Shown here in pieces: positions 10,752 through 23,134 of a stretch of 64,000 nucleotides of DNA. The first letter of the stretch is position 1; the number at the start of each line of letters is the position of its first letter. Both the position numbers and the translations under genes were made by a program. The notes beneath the pieces are model-generated. The model was not told the DNA's origin. It did no database searches and saw only the letters and a list, made by a program, of their open reading frames with translations. The stretch is from an uncultured Methanomicrobiaceae archaeon (GTDB lineage: Archaea; Halobacteriota; Methanomicrobia; Methanomicrobiales; Methanoculleaceae), in NCBI GenBank assembly GCA_963826525.1, contig CAWGXH010000004.1, positions 288,001 through 352,000 on the forward strand. Direction: 5' to 3'.

Positions 10752-11714
10752 ATGCTGCTCACAGAGACGGCCGAGGAGATCCGAACCATGAAGATCCGGG
10801 GTGCCGGGCGCATCGCCCGGGCTGCTGCCGAGGCACTCCGCGAGTACGCCGGGACGGTCGAGGCATCCGACCTCGCCGCATTCAGGTCGGCAATGCAGAG
10901 CGCTGCGGAGGTGCTCGTCACCACCCGTCCGACGGCAGTCTCGCTGCCGAACGCGGTGCACGCCGTGATGGGCGCTCTCGCCGGGGCGGAGTCGCTGCCG
11001 GAGGCCAGGTCCGCACTCCGGCAGCAGGCGAATACGTTCATCAGGTCGTCGAAAAACGCCGTAGGGGAGATCGCGGCAATCGGTGCACGCCACATCTCCG
11101 ACGGGGACGTCATCATGACCCACTGCAACTCGGAGGCAGCGCTTGCCTGCATCCTCGAGGCGCACCGGCAGGGAAAGGAGATCGAGGTCTACGCCACCGA
11201 GGTCAGGCCGCGAAACCAGGGGCTCGTCACGATCCGGACGCTGAACGACGCGGGGATACGGACGAACTACATCCTCGACTCCGCCGTCCGCTACTTCATG
11301 AACGATATAGACCTCGTCATCGTCGGTGCGGACGCCATCACGGTCAACGGTGCGGTGGTGAACAAGATCGGGACGGCGCAGATCGCGCTTGCGGCCCATG
11401 AGGCGCGGACGAATCTCATCGTTGCGGCCGAGACGTATAAGTTCGCTCCCCGCACCATCCTCGGCGAGCTGATCGAGATCGAGGAGCGCTCCGGGAGCGA
11501 GGTGCTCCCGGACGACCTGGCGAAAGCGCTTCCGCACGTCCGGGTCAGAAACCCGGCGTTCGACGTCACGCCCGCGGAGTACGTCGATCTCATCGTGACC
11601 GAGAAAGGCGCGATACCGCCCGAGCTCGCCTACAGCATCATCAAAGAGTATCTCGGGTGGAGCATCGGGGAGTTTCACAAAGGGCTTGTGATGGGCGCTG
11701 AAGATCAGGAGTGA
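10752..11714 (+). CDS. Ribose-1,5-bisphosphate isomerase (eIF-2B alpha-like)
   Basis: IRGAGRIA, RPTAVSL, THCNS (catalytic Cys), GADAI, NKIGT, NPAFDVTP. Confidence 0.88.
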   Translation: MLLTETAEEIRTMKIRGAGRIARAAAEALREYAGTVEASDLAAFRSAMQSAAEVLVTTRPTAVSLPNAVHAVMGALAGAESLPEARSALRQQANTFIRSSKNAVGEIAAIGARHISDGDVIMTHCNSEAALACILEAHRQGKEIEVYATEVRPRNQGLVTIRTLNDAGIRTNYILDSAVRYFMNDIDLVIVGADAITVNGAVVNKIGTAQIALAAHEARTNLIVAAETYKFAPRTILGELIEIEERSGSEVLPDDLAKALPHVRVRNPAFDVTPAEYVDLIVTEKGAIPPELAYSIIKEYLGWSIGEFHKGLVMGAEDQE

Positions 11715-11831
11715 TCAGCCGAAGCAGCAGGCGGCGGATCGCGGCGAACCCGGGTGTGCCCTCCGGCAGGGGAGAGACGGCCATCCTCATTATTATCTGA
11801 ACGAACATCATACGCGTCTGCGAGGATACCG

Positions 11832-12656
11832 ATGGAGATCACCTTTACCAAACTACAGGGGAACGGAAACGATTTTATTCTGATCGACGAGCACGACCGG
11901 GAGATCATACCGGATGCGATGAAGGCGCAGTTTGCAGCACTCTACTGCGACCGCAGGTTCGGCGTCGGCGCTGACGGCGTTCTCTTCCTGCAGCCGTCGG
12001 AGGAGGCGGATGTACAGATGCGCCTCCTCCAGCCGGACGGGAGCGAGGCCGAGATGTGCGGGAACGGTATCCGGTGTCTCGTGAAATACGCCTACGATCT
12101 CGGGTACGTGCAGGAGTCCTGCACGGTCGAGACGGCGGCGGGACTGATGCCGGTCACCATGGGCTACGATGAAGAGGGGACGGAGTTCTATGCGGCGATC
12201 ACGATGACGAAACCGGAGTTTGACAGGGCTGGTATCCCTGCGACCGGCGAAGGCGAGTATACCGAGACGATCGCCGGGCATATCGTCCACGCCGTCAATA
12301 CGGGAGTTCCGCACGCGGTTATCTTCGTCCGGGAGATCGGAGCGGTGGATATCGGCAGACTCGGGCCTATGGTCAGAAACCATCCGACCTTCCCGAAGGG
12401 AGCGAACGTCAACTTCGTCGAGGTCGGCGAGGACGACACGCTCCGCATCAGGACCTTCGAGCGCGGCGTCGAGGCGGAGACCTACAGCTGCGGGACAGGA
12501 GCGACGGCATCGGCGGCGGTCGCCCACCGGAAAGGACTCGTCGGGAAGACCGTCGCGGTCGAGACGATGGGCGGGCCGCTCGTCATCCGGCTCGGCGAGG
12601 AGACGACGATGGAAGGCCCTGCCGAGACCGTCTTTACAGGATCTATATCCTGCTAA
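11832..12656 (+). CDS. dapF: Diaminopimelate epimerase
   Basis: GNGNDF, GVGADG, EAEMCGNG, NTGVPH, FERGVEAETYSCGTG. Confidence 0.95.
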   Translation: MEITFTKLQGNGNDFILIDEHDREIIPDAMKAQFAALYCDRRFGVGADGVLFLQPSEEADVQMRLLQPDGSEAEMCGNGIRCLVKYAYDLGYVQESCTVETAAGLMPVTMGYDEEGTEFYAAITMTKPEFDRAGIPATGEGEYTETIAGHIVHAVNTGVPHAVIFVREIGAVDIGRLGPMVRNHPTFPKGANVNFVEVGEDDTLRIRTFERGVEAETYSCGTGATASAAVAHRKGLVGKTVAVETMGGPLVIRLGEETTMEGPAETVFTGSISC

Positions 12657-13324
12657 TACCGTTTTTCGTCAGCTCGAACTTAAAAGAGAGCCCTTCGGGA
12701 CGCGACCGGTGCTTCCGGAGAACCGCACGGCGGGTGCCGTCCAGCCGCTCGAAACTCACGATCGCCTTGGAGATATGCTCAAGGGCGGTTCCCCCGAGTC
12801 CCGAGATCTTTTTTCGGTCGATATCGACGTAGATCTGGTTGGTGATCAGAACGGGAATATCGTATTTTTTGGCGAGCCCGAGGAGCTTGACCATATAGTG
12901 GGAGAGCCGTCGCATCGTCTCCTTCCCGGTCTCGAGCTCGGTGCGGTAGAGTGCGGTCGCGGAGTCCATGATCAGAAGGTCGACGGGGTGCTCCCGGTTC
13001 GCACGGAAAAGCTCCTCGCTCTCGGCGATCATCAGCCCCTGCTGTTCGAAGTCCACCGGCTCGAAGAGGTAGAGGTGCTGCGCAAGCTCCTCAGCCCCGT
13101 CTTCACCGGCCACCTGGCTGAACCGCTCCACCGAGAACCCTTCGGTATCGATGTAGATCACCGATCTGCCCGCACGTAAACACTCCGCCGCAGCCATGAG
13201 ACAGAGGGTGCTCTTCCCGCTGGCGGGCTCGCCGTAGAACTGGGTGATCACCCGCCGTTCAAGCCCGCCGCCGAGCAGCAGATCGAGATCCGGACTTCCG
13301 GGTACTGAGTCTGTCGCGCTTCAT
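12643..13324 (-). CDS. radB: DNA repair and recombination protein RadB (frameshift near 13300)
   Basis: LDLLLGGGLE, GEPASGKS, YIDTEG, DSATALYR, LRKHRSRPEG basic patch. Confidence 0.92.
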
Positions 13325-14514
13325 TCGTCAAGTACTCCTCGTTCCCTGAAGATCTCCCGTGCCGCATCCTCGACGATCCCGGTCACATCCCGGAGCGGGA
13401 CGTCGAGTTCCCGGGCACAGAGGCGTGCCTGCTCGAACTCCGCCTTGAAGGACGAGACTTTTCCCGCAGACCACCCGCATTTGACGTCGATGGTATACGC
13501 CCTGCCCCGTATCGTGACCGTCACCGGCTGAACCGTCCGCTCGATGGTGAGCCGGTGGACAGCGGGCAGACACCGGATACCGAGCGTGCCGAGCTCCCGG
13601 ACCATGACGCCGGCCAGGTGATCGGTCGTCTCCCGGCGGCAGATCACCCGGATCAGGTAGCCGTTACGCCCTTTCTTCATCACCAGCGGGAGAGCGCTCG
13701 CGTCCCGTGCCCCTTCGTCCATCAGGCGGGAGAGCGTGTAGGCAAGGACCTCTCCCGTCACGTCGTCGACGTTGGTCTCGAGGATATCCACCCGGTCGTG
13801 GGGCGCAGGAGAGGCGTTCTCGAGGAGAAGTGTCCGAAGGACGTTCGGCGTTCCTGCGGGATTCCTCGTTCCCGCTCCGTATCCGACCGCCGTGATGGAG
13901 GCAGGCCCAATCTCTGCGGGGGAGAGGGTCGCAAACTCGGCGAGCAGCGCCGCTCCCGTGGGGGTGCAGAGTTCCCGCTCCTCCATCCCGATCGTCGTCT
14001 CGAGAGCCGATTCGCGGAGGACGGCTACCGTGGCCGGGGCGGGGATCGGGAAGGTTCCATGCGAGCCGACGGCAAACCCGCGGCCGAGCGCTATCGGAAG
14101 GACGGCCACGCCGTCGACCCCGAGTGACCAGAGTGCGGTGCATGCTCCGACAATATCGGCGATCGCGTCGTCGGCACCGACTTCGTGGAAGTGAGCCCCG
14201 TGGCCGTGAACACTCGCCTCGGCCCGGTGCAGGCGGAGAAAGACCCGCCGTGCCATCTCGCGGGCAGGTCCGGGTGCGACACTCTCGTCGAGGCGGGCGA
14301 GCACCTCCTCGAGCGTGCGGTGGTGAACCGGTGCATGCGTCTCGACCCGGACCGCCCCGATGCCGGCACGGTCTACCCGCCCGAATGTCGGTTCGGCCAC
14401 GACAGACTCCATCGCGGTTCTAACCAGAGTCTCATCCGCCCCCAGATCGAGCAGGGAGCCGATAATCATGTCGCCTGCCGCACCATGAAACGGATCTACG
14501 AGGAGGATCTTCAT
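13321..14514 (-). CDS. larC: Nickel insertion protein LarC (TIGR00299)
   Basis: [37 protein letters not shown]. Confidence 0.92.
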   Translation of the reverse strand: MKILLVDPFHGAAGDMIIGSLLDLGADETLVRTAMESVVAEPTFGRVDRAGIGAVRVETHAPVHHRTLEEVLARLDESVAPGPAREMARRVFLRLHRAEASVHGHGAHFHEVGADDAIADIVGACTALWSLGVDGVAVLPIALGRGFAVGSHGTFPIPAPATVAVLRESALETTIGMEERELCTPTGAALLAEFATLSPAEIGPASITAVGYGAGTRNPAGTPNVLRTLLLENASPAPHDRVDILETNVDDVTGEVLAYTLSRLMDEGARDASALPLVMKKGRNGYLIRVICRRETTDHLAGVMVRELGTLGIRCLPAVHRLTIERTVQPVTVTIRGRAYTIDVKCGWSAGKVSSFKAEFEQARLCARELDVPLRDVTGIVEDAAREIFRERGVLDE

Positions 14515-14527
14515 GCGTCGACAGTAC

Positions 14528-14535
14528 TTATAAAT
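14528..14535. promoter_or_regulatory. TATA box in the 45-bp divergent larC/cdc48 gap
   Basis: TTATAAAT about 25-30 bp upstream of the cdc48 ATG. Confidence 0.5.
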
Positions 14536-14559
14536 CCGAGAATATATGAATTAGAGGTA

Positions 14560-17004
14560 ATGCCCGAAATATACTTGAAAGTCGATAGTGCTTATCCGGA
14601 GGATCAGGGCGCGGGGAAGGCGCGGCTCGACCCTGATACCATGCTCCAGCTGAGGCTGAGCCCGGGTGACCTCATCGCCATCGAAGGGAAACGGCGGACC
14701 GTGGCGAAGGTCTGGCGTGCCATGGTGAACGACTGGCATCAGGGTAAAGTCCGCATCGATAACTTCACACGGCTCAATACCGGCGCCAGCATCGGCGATC
14801 GGGTCAGTATCAAGACGCTCGACGAGGAGGTCGAAGCAAAACGGGTGGTCCTCGCCCCGCCCGAAGACCTCCCGAAACAGCTGCCTATCAACTATAGCAG
14901 CGTCGTCAACAAACTGATAGACTTCCCGATCGTCAAGAACGACTCCGTACCGATTCAGGCCGGCCTCCCCTTTATGCAGCCCCAGCTCGTGGCGTTCAAG
15001 GCCGTCGTCGTCGAACCGGAGAATGCGGTGATCATCACCAAGAATACCAAGATAGAGTTCTCCGAGAAACCCGCAGCCGGATTCGAAGGGGCGAGGAAGA
15101 TCAGCTACGAGGATATCGGCGGCCTCAAGGACGAACTGCAGCGTGTCCGTGAGACGATCGAACTCCCCATGCGCCATCCCGAGATCTTTTCAAAGCTCGG
15201 CATAGAACCACCGAAAGGCGTCCTCCTTTACGGGCCTCCGGGGACCGGGAAGACCCTCATCGCGAAGGCCGTTGCGAGCGAGAGCGGCGCTCACTTCATC
15301 TCGATCGCAGGGCCAGAAGTGATCTCCAAGTACTACGGTGAGAGTGAGCAGCGGCTCCGGGAGGTCTTCGAGGACGCCCGCCAGCATGCTCCCGCCATCA
15401 TCTTCATCGACGAACTCGATTCCATCGCCCCACGGCGGGAAGAGGTGACCGGCGAGGTCGAGCGGCGTGTGGTCGCCCAGCTGCTCACGATGATGGACGG
15501 CCTCGAGGAGCGGGGACAGGTCGTGGTGATCGGAGCGACGAACCGCCTCGACGCCATCGACCCCGCTCTCAGGAGGCCCGGCAGGTTCGACCGTGAGATC
15601 GAGATCGGCGTGCCGCCGGAGGACGACCGGATCCAGGTTCTCCACATCCACACCCGCGGGATGCCGCTTGCACACGACGTGAATATCGACAGCATCGCCA
15701 AGCAGACCCACGGATTCGTCGGCGCCGATCTCGCGGCTCTCGCCAGGGAATCGGCCATAAAAGCGCTCAGGCGGTACCTCCCCGAGATCGACCTCGATGC
15801 GGAGGAGATCCCTCCCGAGGTGCTCGAGAAGATGGAGGTGCTCCCAAGCGACTTCCGGGACGCACTCCGGGATGTCGGCCCGAGCGCCATGCGTGAAGTG
15901 CTCCTCGAGGTGCCCCACACATCGTGGAGCGATGTCGGCGGGCTCGAAGAAGCGAAACTGGATATTCGCGAGGCCGTCGAGTACCCGCTTACGGAGCGGG
16001 AACGGTTCGAGGAGCTCGGTATCGAGCCACCGAAAGGCGTGCTTCTCTACGGGCCACCGGGAACCGGGAAGACCCTCATCGCAAAGGCCGTCGCCACCGA
16101 GAGCGGGGCGAACTTCGTCCCGGTCAGAGGCCCCCAGCTCCTCTCCAAGTGGGTCGGCGAGAGCGAGCGGGCAGTCCGCGAGATATTCAAGAAAGCCCGG
16201 CAGGTCGCCCCGTCGATCATCTTCTTCGACGAGATGGACGCACTGACACCGGCACGCGGCGGAGGCGGCGAATCGCACGTCATCGAGAGCGTCTTAAACC
16301 AGATTCTCACCGAGATCGACGGGCTCGAAGAGCTCCGCGGCGTCGTCGTCATGGGAGCGACGAACCGTCCGGATATGATCGATCCGGCACTCCTGCGGCC
16401 GGGCAGGTTCGACCGATTGGTCTACATCGGCGAACCGGGGCCTGCCGACCGGAACCGGATCCTCCGTATCCACACGCGCTACGTGCCTATCCAGGGCTCG
16501 ACGCTCGAGGAGATCGTCGATATGACCGACGGGTTCACCGAAAGCCAGATCGAGGACCTTATCGGGATGCTCGGCACCGGCAGACAGATCACCGTCGGCG
16601 ATCTTGCGCCCCATCTCGCCGGGCGTGCGGAAGCGGCGGTGGCAGGAGCAGATCCGGGGAACGGCGACGAGAGGCTGAAGCGGTCGGCACGGCGGAAGAA
16701 GATCGTCAGCCTGTTCGTCGAGCAGAAACTCGACCTCGTCGATCCCGTCCGCGATACGCTCATCACGGAGCTGGCCTCGAATACCAACGGGTTCGTCGGC
16801 TCCGACCTCGAAGCACTCGCCCGGGAGGCCGCCATGGCAGCTCTCCGCGAAGGGTCCCGCTTCGTCGAACCGAGGCACTTCACCGAGGCAACGGGGAAGG
16901 TTCACGCCACGATGAACGAGCGGCTGCGCCAGTATTACCAGAAGATCCAGCAGCACTTCAAGGGCGGGCTCCCAAAAGAGGTGCAGCCCCTCGAGTACCA
17001 GTAA
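14560..17004 (+). CDS. cdc48: CDC48/VAT family AAA ATPase with an insertion in the D2 helical region
   Basis: N domain, two GPPGTGKT Walker A motifs, ALRRPGRFD and [10 protein letters not shown]-terminal EYQ. Confidence 0.95.
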   Translation: MPEIYLKVDSAYPEDQGAGKARLDPDTMLQLRLSPGDLIAIEGKRRTVAKVWRAMVNDWHQGKVRIDNFTRLNTGASIGDRVSIKTLDEEVEAKRVVLAPPEDLPKQLPINYSSVVNKLIDFPIVKNDSVPIQAGLPFMQPQLVAFKAVVVEPENAVIITKNTKIEFSEKPAAGFEGARKISYEDIGGLKDELQRVRETIELPMRHPEIFSKLGIEPPKGVLLYGPPGTGKTLIAKAVASESGAHFISIAGPEVISKYYGESEQRLREVFEDARQHAPAIIFIDELDSIAPRREEVTGEVERRVVAQLLTMMDGLEERGQVVVIGATNRLDAIDPALRRPGRFDREIEIGVPPEDDRIQVLHIHTRGMPLAHDVNIDSIAKQTHGFVGADLAALARESAIKALRRYLPEIDLDAEEIPPEVLEKMEVLPSDFRDALRDVGPSAMREVLLEVPHTSWSDVGGLEEAKLDIREAVEYPLTERERFEELGIEPPKGVLLYGPPGTGKTLIAKAVATESGANFVPVRGPQLLSKWVGESERAVREIFKKARQVAPSIIFFDEMDALTPARGGGGESHVIESVLNQILTEIDGLEELRGVVVMGATNRPDMIDPALLRPGRFDRLVYIGEPGPADRNRILRIHTRYVPIQGSTLEEIVDMTDGFTESQIEDLIGMLGTGRQITVGDLAPHLAGRAEAAVAGADPGNGDERLKRSARRKKIVSLFVEQKLDLVDPVRDTLITELASNTNGFVGSDLEALAREAAMAALREGSRFVEPRHFTEATGKVHATMNERLRQYYQKIQQHFKGGLPKEVQPLEYQ

Positions 17005-17020
17005 TCCATTCCCACCCCGC

Positions 17021-17030
17021 CTTTTTTTTC
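17021..17030 (+). terminator. Oligo-T archaeal terminator after cdc48
   Basis: T8 run 17 bp after the stop codon. Confidence 0.45.
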
Positions 17031-17121
17031 GATAATATATTTACCCGCTGATGGACAACTCTATACATTACGGATCAGTGATGCCGGACTGTCCTCGCAT
17101 CCCGACCGGAGGGGATACGCT

Positions 17122-18657
17122 ATGCCGAACTGTACCACATTTCTCGACGTCAACGCCTGCAACCGTTCAAAGACCGCTCTGATCGTCCCGTCCCGCGGAG
17201 AGGAGTACACGACGGTCCGGCTGCTCGATCAGGTGAACCGGATCGGAAACGGCCTCCGTGAGAGCGGCGTCGAGGCGGGAGATCGGGTCTGCATCTACCT
17301 CGACAGTTCGCCGGAGTATCTCATCAGTTACTTCGCCCTCTGGCGGATCGGCTGCGTCGCGGTGCCGACGAACCGCGTCTACCGGGAGTCCGAACTCCTC
17401 TACGCCGTCAGGGACGCCGGGGCTTCGGCGATCATCACCGATACGCCCGGCAGCGTCACGGCCGGGAAGATCCGAAAGGATGCCCCTCTGCTCCGGGAGG
17501 TGATCGCCGTCGGCGGCGGGGAGGGAGCGACGGCCTGGGCAGACCTTCAGGGATCGTCGCCCGTCCTCCGGCCGGCGCACTGCCGCTTCGACGACCTCTG
17601 CCAGATCCAGTATACGTCCGGGACGACCGGCAGGCCGAAAGGGGCGATGCTCACCCACGGCAACTGGATCGCGGCGATGGATGCCGAGCGGGAGGTGCTC
17701 GGCCTGACCGGGGACGATGTCTACCTCGGGATCTATCCAATGGGGCATGTCGGCATCAGCTGGGGGATCTCCGCCCTCCGGGCAGGGGGCACCTACGTCG
17801 TCATGGAGCGGTTCGACCTTGAACGCTACCTCGACCTTGCAGAACGCTACCGTGCCACTGTCATCGCCGGGATGCCGCCGGTTATCCACTCGCTGCTCCG
17901 GACGCCGCCCGGGACCGAGAGCAGACTTGCATCGGCACGGCTGATGATCAGCGGGGGAGGGCCGCTCGTGCCCACCGTCTGGAAGCCGTTCCACGAGCGG
18001 TTCGGCATCCCGATAGTCAACGCCTACGGTCTCTCGGAGACGATCGTCGTCGGGACGGGAACCGCCATCCGCCCCGAGCACTACACGACGGTAGATGAGT
18101 TCCGGAGTGTCGGGACGCCGGTCGGGTTCTCGGAGGTGCGGATCGTCGACGAAAGCAGTCCCGAGAAGGAACTTTCGCCGCATGAAATCGGCGAGATCGC
18201 CCTTCGCGGTCCGTCGGTTGCAGCGGGGTACTGGCAGATGCCCGAGGAGACGGCATCGGTCTTCCGCCCGGAAGGCTGGTTCCTCACCGGAGATATCGGC
18301 TACCTCGACGAGAGCGGGATGCTCTTCATCACCGACCGGAAGAAGGATATGATCGTCATGTCGGGATGGAAGATCTACCCGACGGAGGTGGAGAACGTCC
18401 TCCTCCAGCACCCGGGAATCCGGGACGCAGCGGTCTTCGGGTGCAGCGACGAACACCGGGGCGAGGTTCCGGTCGCGGCGGTCGTCCCGGCTGAGGGCGG
18501 CCTCACGCCCGAGGCGATCGTGGCATACGCAGAAGAGCGGCTTGCCGGGTATAAAGTGCCCAGGAGAATCCTCATGGTCGAGGAACTCCCCCGGGTGAAC
18601 GGCTGGAAGCTGATGCGAAAGGTTCTTCGGGAGCAGTTCTGCCCCGGCGCCATGTGA
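17122..18657 (+). CDS. AMP-dependent acyl-CoA synthetase (class I adenylate-forming)
   Basis: YTSGTTGRPKG, YGLSET, TGDIG, DRKKDMI. Confidence 0.9.
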   Translation: MPNCTTFLDVNACNRSKTALIVPSRGEEYTTVRLLDQVNRIGNGLRESGVEAGDRVCIYLDSSPEYLISYFALWRIGCVAVPTNRVYRESELLYAVRDAGASAIITDTPGSVTAGKIRKDAPLLREVIAVGGGEGATAWADLQGSSPVLRPAHCRFDDLCQIQYTSGTTGRPKGAMLTHGNWIAAMDAEREVLGLTGDDVYLGIYPMGHVGISWGISALRAGGTYVVMERFDLERYLDLAERYRATVIAGMPPVIHSLLRTPPGTESRLASARLMISGGGPLVPTVWKPFHERFGIPIVNAYGLSETIVVGTGTAIRPEHYTTVDEFRSVGTPVGFSEVRIVDESSPEKELSPHEIGEIALRGPSVAAGYWQMPEETASVFRPEGWFLTGDIGYLDESGMLFITDRKKDMIVMSGWKIYPTEVENVLLQHPGIRDAAVFGCSDEHRGEVPVAAVVPAEGGLTPEAIVAYAEERLAGYKVPRRILMVEELPRVNGWKLMRKVLREQFCPGAM

Positions 18658-18794
18658 CGGCGGAGAGCAGAAGCAGACTTTTCACAAACTTCGATCTTCG
18701 ATATCATCGGGCGAGAGGTTTCGCCCGGTATGCACATAGATATATATATCCTGACGGATATGATTCATAGTTTTTTTTCTGGGGGCATATATAC

Positions 18795-19380
18795 ATGACA
18801 GACACACAAAAACAGCCGACCGGCATTGCCGGCCTTGATCTCACCATCGAAGGAGGGTTTCCGGTCGGGACACGGATAATCGTCTATGGAACGGCGCTGA
18901 GCGGCCTTGAGCTGCTGGCGCAGCAGTTCTGGAAGGCCGGTGACGAGGAGTGCCGATACCTGATGCTCGATGCTGAGCCGACGGGAGGGATGCTCGATGC
19001 ACGGGAACTCTCGCTCAAGGAGCTCGCCGCAGCGATGCGGGGCAAGCGTATCGTCGTGGACTCGCTCTCGACGCTCATCCACAACTACGGTATCGATGCT
19101 GCTGCCGACTTTCTCACGAGCACCACCGAAGACCGCCTCCGGGAGGGATCGAACGTCCTCTTCCTTCTCTATCGGGGGAATCCATTCGCCGGTGGAAGAG
19201 ACCTTTCTCATGCGTGCGGCAGATGTGGTCATCGTCCTGCGGCAGGAACTGCACGGCAACGAGTTCGAACGGACCCTCTCCGTTGAGAAGATAAAAGGGA
19301 TGGCCGTGCCCCAACGGGCGGTGCCGTACCATATCACCGCGAAAGGGCTCGAACTCTCGACGACCACCAGGGTGATCTAA
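18795..19380 (+). CDS. Single-domain KaiC/RAD55-family protein with degenerate P-loop (frameshift near 19175)
   Basis: PTGIAGLDLTIEGGFPVG, IVVDSLS, ADVVIVL...RTLSVEKIKG...YHITAKGLE. Confidence 0.8.
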
Positions 19381-19383
19381 GCG

Positions 19384-20271
19384 TTACTCGGCCCGCAGAC
19401 TCGCCGGCCGCCGCGACCATATTTTTAAGCTTTTGAAAGGCGGCCTCGCGGGTCTGCATCCGGAGGCCGCAGTCGGGATCGACGAGCATTGTTTTTGCTC
19501 CGAAGAGATCGATCCCCCGCTCGATCCGCTCCCGGATCGTCGCCACGCTCTCGATGGCGGGACTGCTCGAGTCTACGCACCCGTAGCCGACCAGCCTTCC
19601 CCGGAGATCCTTCCCTGAGAGAACCTCGAGATTCCCGGGGTTTATCGCGAACTCAAAGTCGAAGACCGAGACGTTCGTCTTCAGGATATCGTCGATGACC
19701 GTCCCGACCCCCCCGCAGACGTGGAGGCAGGTCGGGATGCGGAGCGACGAGACGATAGCGTTCACCGCCTGGCGCCCGACGGCGAGATCCGCCGCACCCG
19801 TCGAGAGGATGGGCTCGTCGATCTGGAGAAGCGTCACGCCGGCAGCCTCGAGATTCCTCGCCTCGACGGCGAGCGCCTGGGCGAGGTCGAGCGCCAGTTC
19901 CTCGCGGTTCCGGTAAATCGGCGTATCGATCTTGAGGGCGTGGGCGAGGGTGGACGGACCGGTCAGGATTCCTTTGACCTTCGGATGCTTCGAGAGGGCG
20001 TACTTCGTATCCGCGACCGTGAGCGGTTTTGCCGGGGGGAGTACCCTGCCGACGACCGCCTGCCCTTTGATCCCGGGAAGCCGGGAGGTGAACGCCTGCA
20101 CCATATCCCCCCGGACCTGCCCGTCGGAGATGATGTCGATCCCGGCCGCGATCTGGTCGGCGACCGCGGTCTCGACGGCGTGCTTCAGCGGATCGAGGGA
20201 GAGGAAACCCTTCTTCCCGGAGACCGGATAGCTGCCGACCACCGTCGTCGGCAGCAGTTTGCTGATGAGGG

Positions 20272-20275
<4 letters not shown>
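19384..20275 (-). CDS. Core (C-terminal-only) methionine synthase, methylcobalamin:homocysteine methyltransferase type; probable frameshift near the stop
   Basis: TTVVGSYP, ISDGQVR, TGPSTLA, QIDEP, HVCG and PDCGLR zinc ligands. Confidence 0.88.
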
Positions 20276-21561
<1,286 letters not shown>

Positions 21562-21697
21562 ATCAAAACCTGAATACTATCTGTTCTGGTAGATATTTTG
21601 CTTTCCGTTCGGGCGGGGTGATGCGGGAGAGGGAACGTGCCGGAGAAAACCGGCTTCGGCGCCGGCATTTGGAAAAAGGAGAAGGATATCGCCAGAA

Positions 21698-22241
21698 TCA
21701 GACGAAGACTGCCGCAGAGATGACCGTCGTCCACTTGCCGTTCATGTCCCCTTCGGCTGCCTGACAGTTATGGGTCGTGTAGATGATCTTGCCGCTGGCT
21801 TTATAGATCTGTTCCCGCTCCTGCCATGCTTGGTCGGGATCGAACTCTATGCCGAGCGTCGTCGCGAGCATGGTCGCCGCAAGGTCCTCCGCATACTCGC
21901 CGCTTATCTCGGACGTCTCTCCATAGGCGTGGTGTTCCGACAGGTAACCATATTCGTTGCTCTCTTTCGGCATGGCATGCCCTATGGCGGCTGAGATCAG
22001 CCGGTTCGGTTCGTTCGTTTCATTCCGCGCCATCACGACGTAGACGATGGAACCCGGATGCAGCTCCAGGAGCCCCTCCTCCCGGTCAATCAGACTTGCA
22101 GTTCGGGGGGAAGATACTGGAGACATATACCAGATTGTACTTCTCGATGCCCGCCTGCCGGAGCGCGAGTTCAAATGAAGCCAGCTTATCCTTATGAACG
22201 CCTACACCTCTCGTGAAGAAACACTTGGTCGGAACAAACAT
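21698..22241 (-). CDS. pdaD: Pyruvoyl-dependent arginine decarboxylase (frameshift near 22095-22130)
   Basis: [14 protein letters not shown]...[25 protein letters not shown] (SS cleavage site) joined to YGYLSEHH...[10 protein letters not shown]. Confidence 0.9.
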
Positions 22242-22877
22242 TATCAATCTTCTTATCTTTAGAATTTTTTAATATTTTTGGTAATCCCAAACAGGATTTT
22301 AAAAAAGAGCGCAGAGATTAACCGAATCGTGGTTCTGGCCGCCTTTAGACACCGGCAGGGGATGACCGCCACGGGATAGCCACGAAACCCGGAGGTAAAA
22401 AGGAGGAGGAATGCCCGGAAAACTCCCAGTTTCGAGGCGGTAATCAAAAAAGGGGAGGTTTTCTGGCGGCTATCCCGACACTTTCGGATTCCGGGAGGAA
22501 AGCCGGTCGGAGCCCGGATCCTTCGGCAGGCGCACAACCCGTGCCGACCGGTGGCGGCACGACCCCCCCGGAACCGGGCGCACGGCACCCGGCAGGGATG
22601 TACATCTCCGGGATATCGCTCCGGCCTTGCGAAACCGGCCGCAGATCTTCCGATCGGCCGCCGTCGAAGATCGGGGGAACGCTTATATTCTTTGACTTCA
22701 GAGACCATGCGACCGACAGCGACCGTGGGCTCGTCACCACCGATGTAGATTCAGAGAGGCAGCTTCCACTGCCGATCGTTCCGGTACCGACAGGGTCTGC
22801 CGATACATGCCGCCCGGGTGCGGCGTCTCGACCGGCTCTTCGCTTTGGTCTGACCGATAAGAGAAGGAGAGGCAGAG

Positions 22878-23120
22878 ATGAGTTCATCTATCGAACCGGC
22901 AGCAGAAGTGGACTGCATCGGGCTCTACTGCCCGATGCCGATTGCCATGGCGAAAGAACAGATCGAGATGATCGGTATCGGTGAGATCTTAAAGGTGGAA
23001 GCGGACGATCCCGCAGCAGAGGAGGACATCAAGCGCTGGGCACACCGTGTCGGGCACGAGATGGTGGACTTCCAGAAAGAAGGCGGGATCATGACATTCT
23101 ACATTCGTCGGATGAAGTAA
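22878..23120 (+). CDS. TusA/SirA sulfur carrier 1 (canonical CPxP)
   Basis: VDCIGLYCPMP, ADDPAAEEDIKRWA. Confidence 0.9.
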   Translation: MSSSIEPAAEVDCIGLYCPMPIAMAKEQIEMIGIGEILKVEADDPAAEEDIKRWAHRVGHEMVDFQKEGGIMTFYIRRMK

Positions 23121-23134
23121 GGGGGCATTATACC

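Noticed and set aside
14185-14559. N-terminal extensions in the ORF track for cdc48, dapF, ubiD, satP, aIF-1A, LEA and baiN
   Set aside because: They overlap neighbouring genes or promoters; family homology begins at downstream starts
16490-16760. Possible intein in cdc48
   Set aside because: No N-terminal Cys/Ser block A, no TxxH and no terminal Asn/Gln plus nucleophile
17040-17121. Possible riboswitch or C/D sRNA upstream of the acyl-CoA synthetase
   Set aside because: Only partial GATG/TGATG words; no complete motif or convincing fold
22490-22660. GGGAGGAAAGCC resembling the RNase P RNA 5' conserved region, followed by GC hairpins
   Set aside because: The matching 3' P4 strand and other RNase P or SRP conserved motifs were not found
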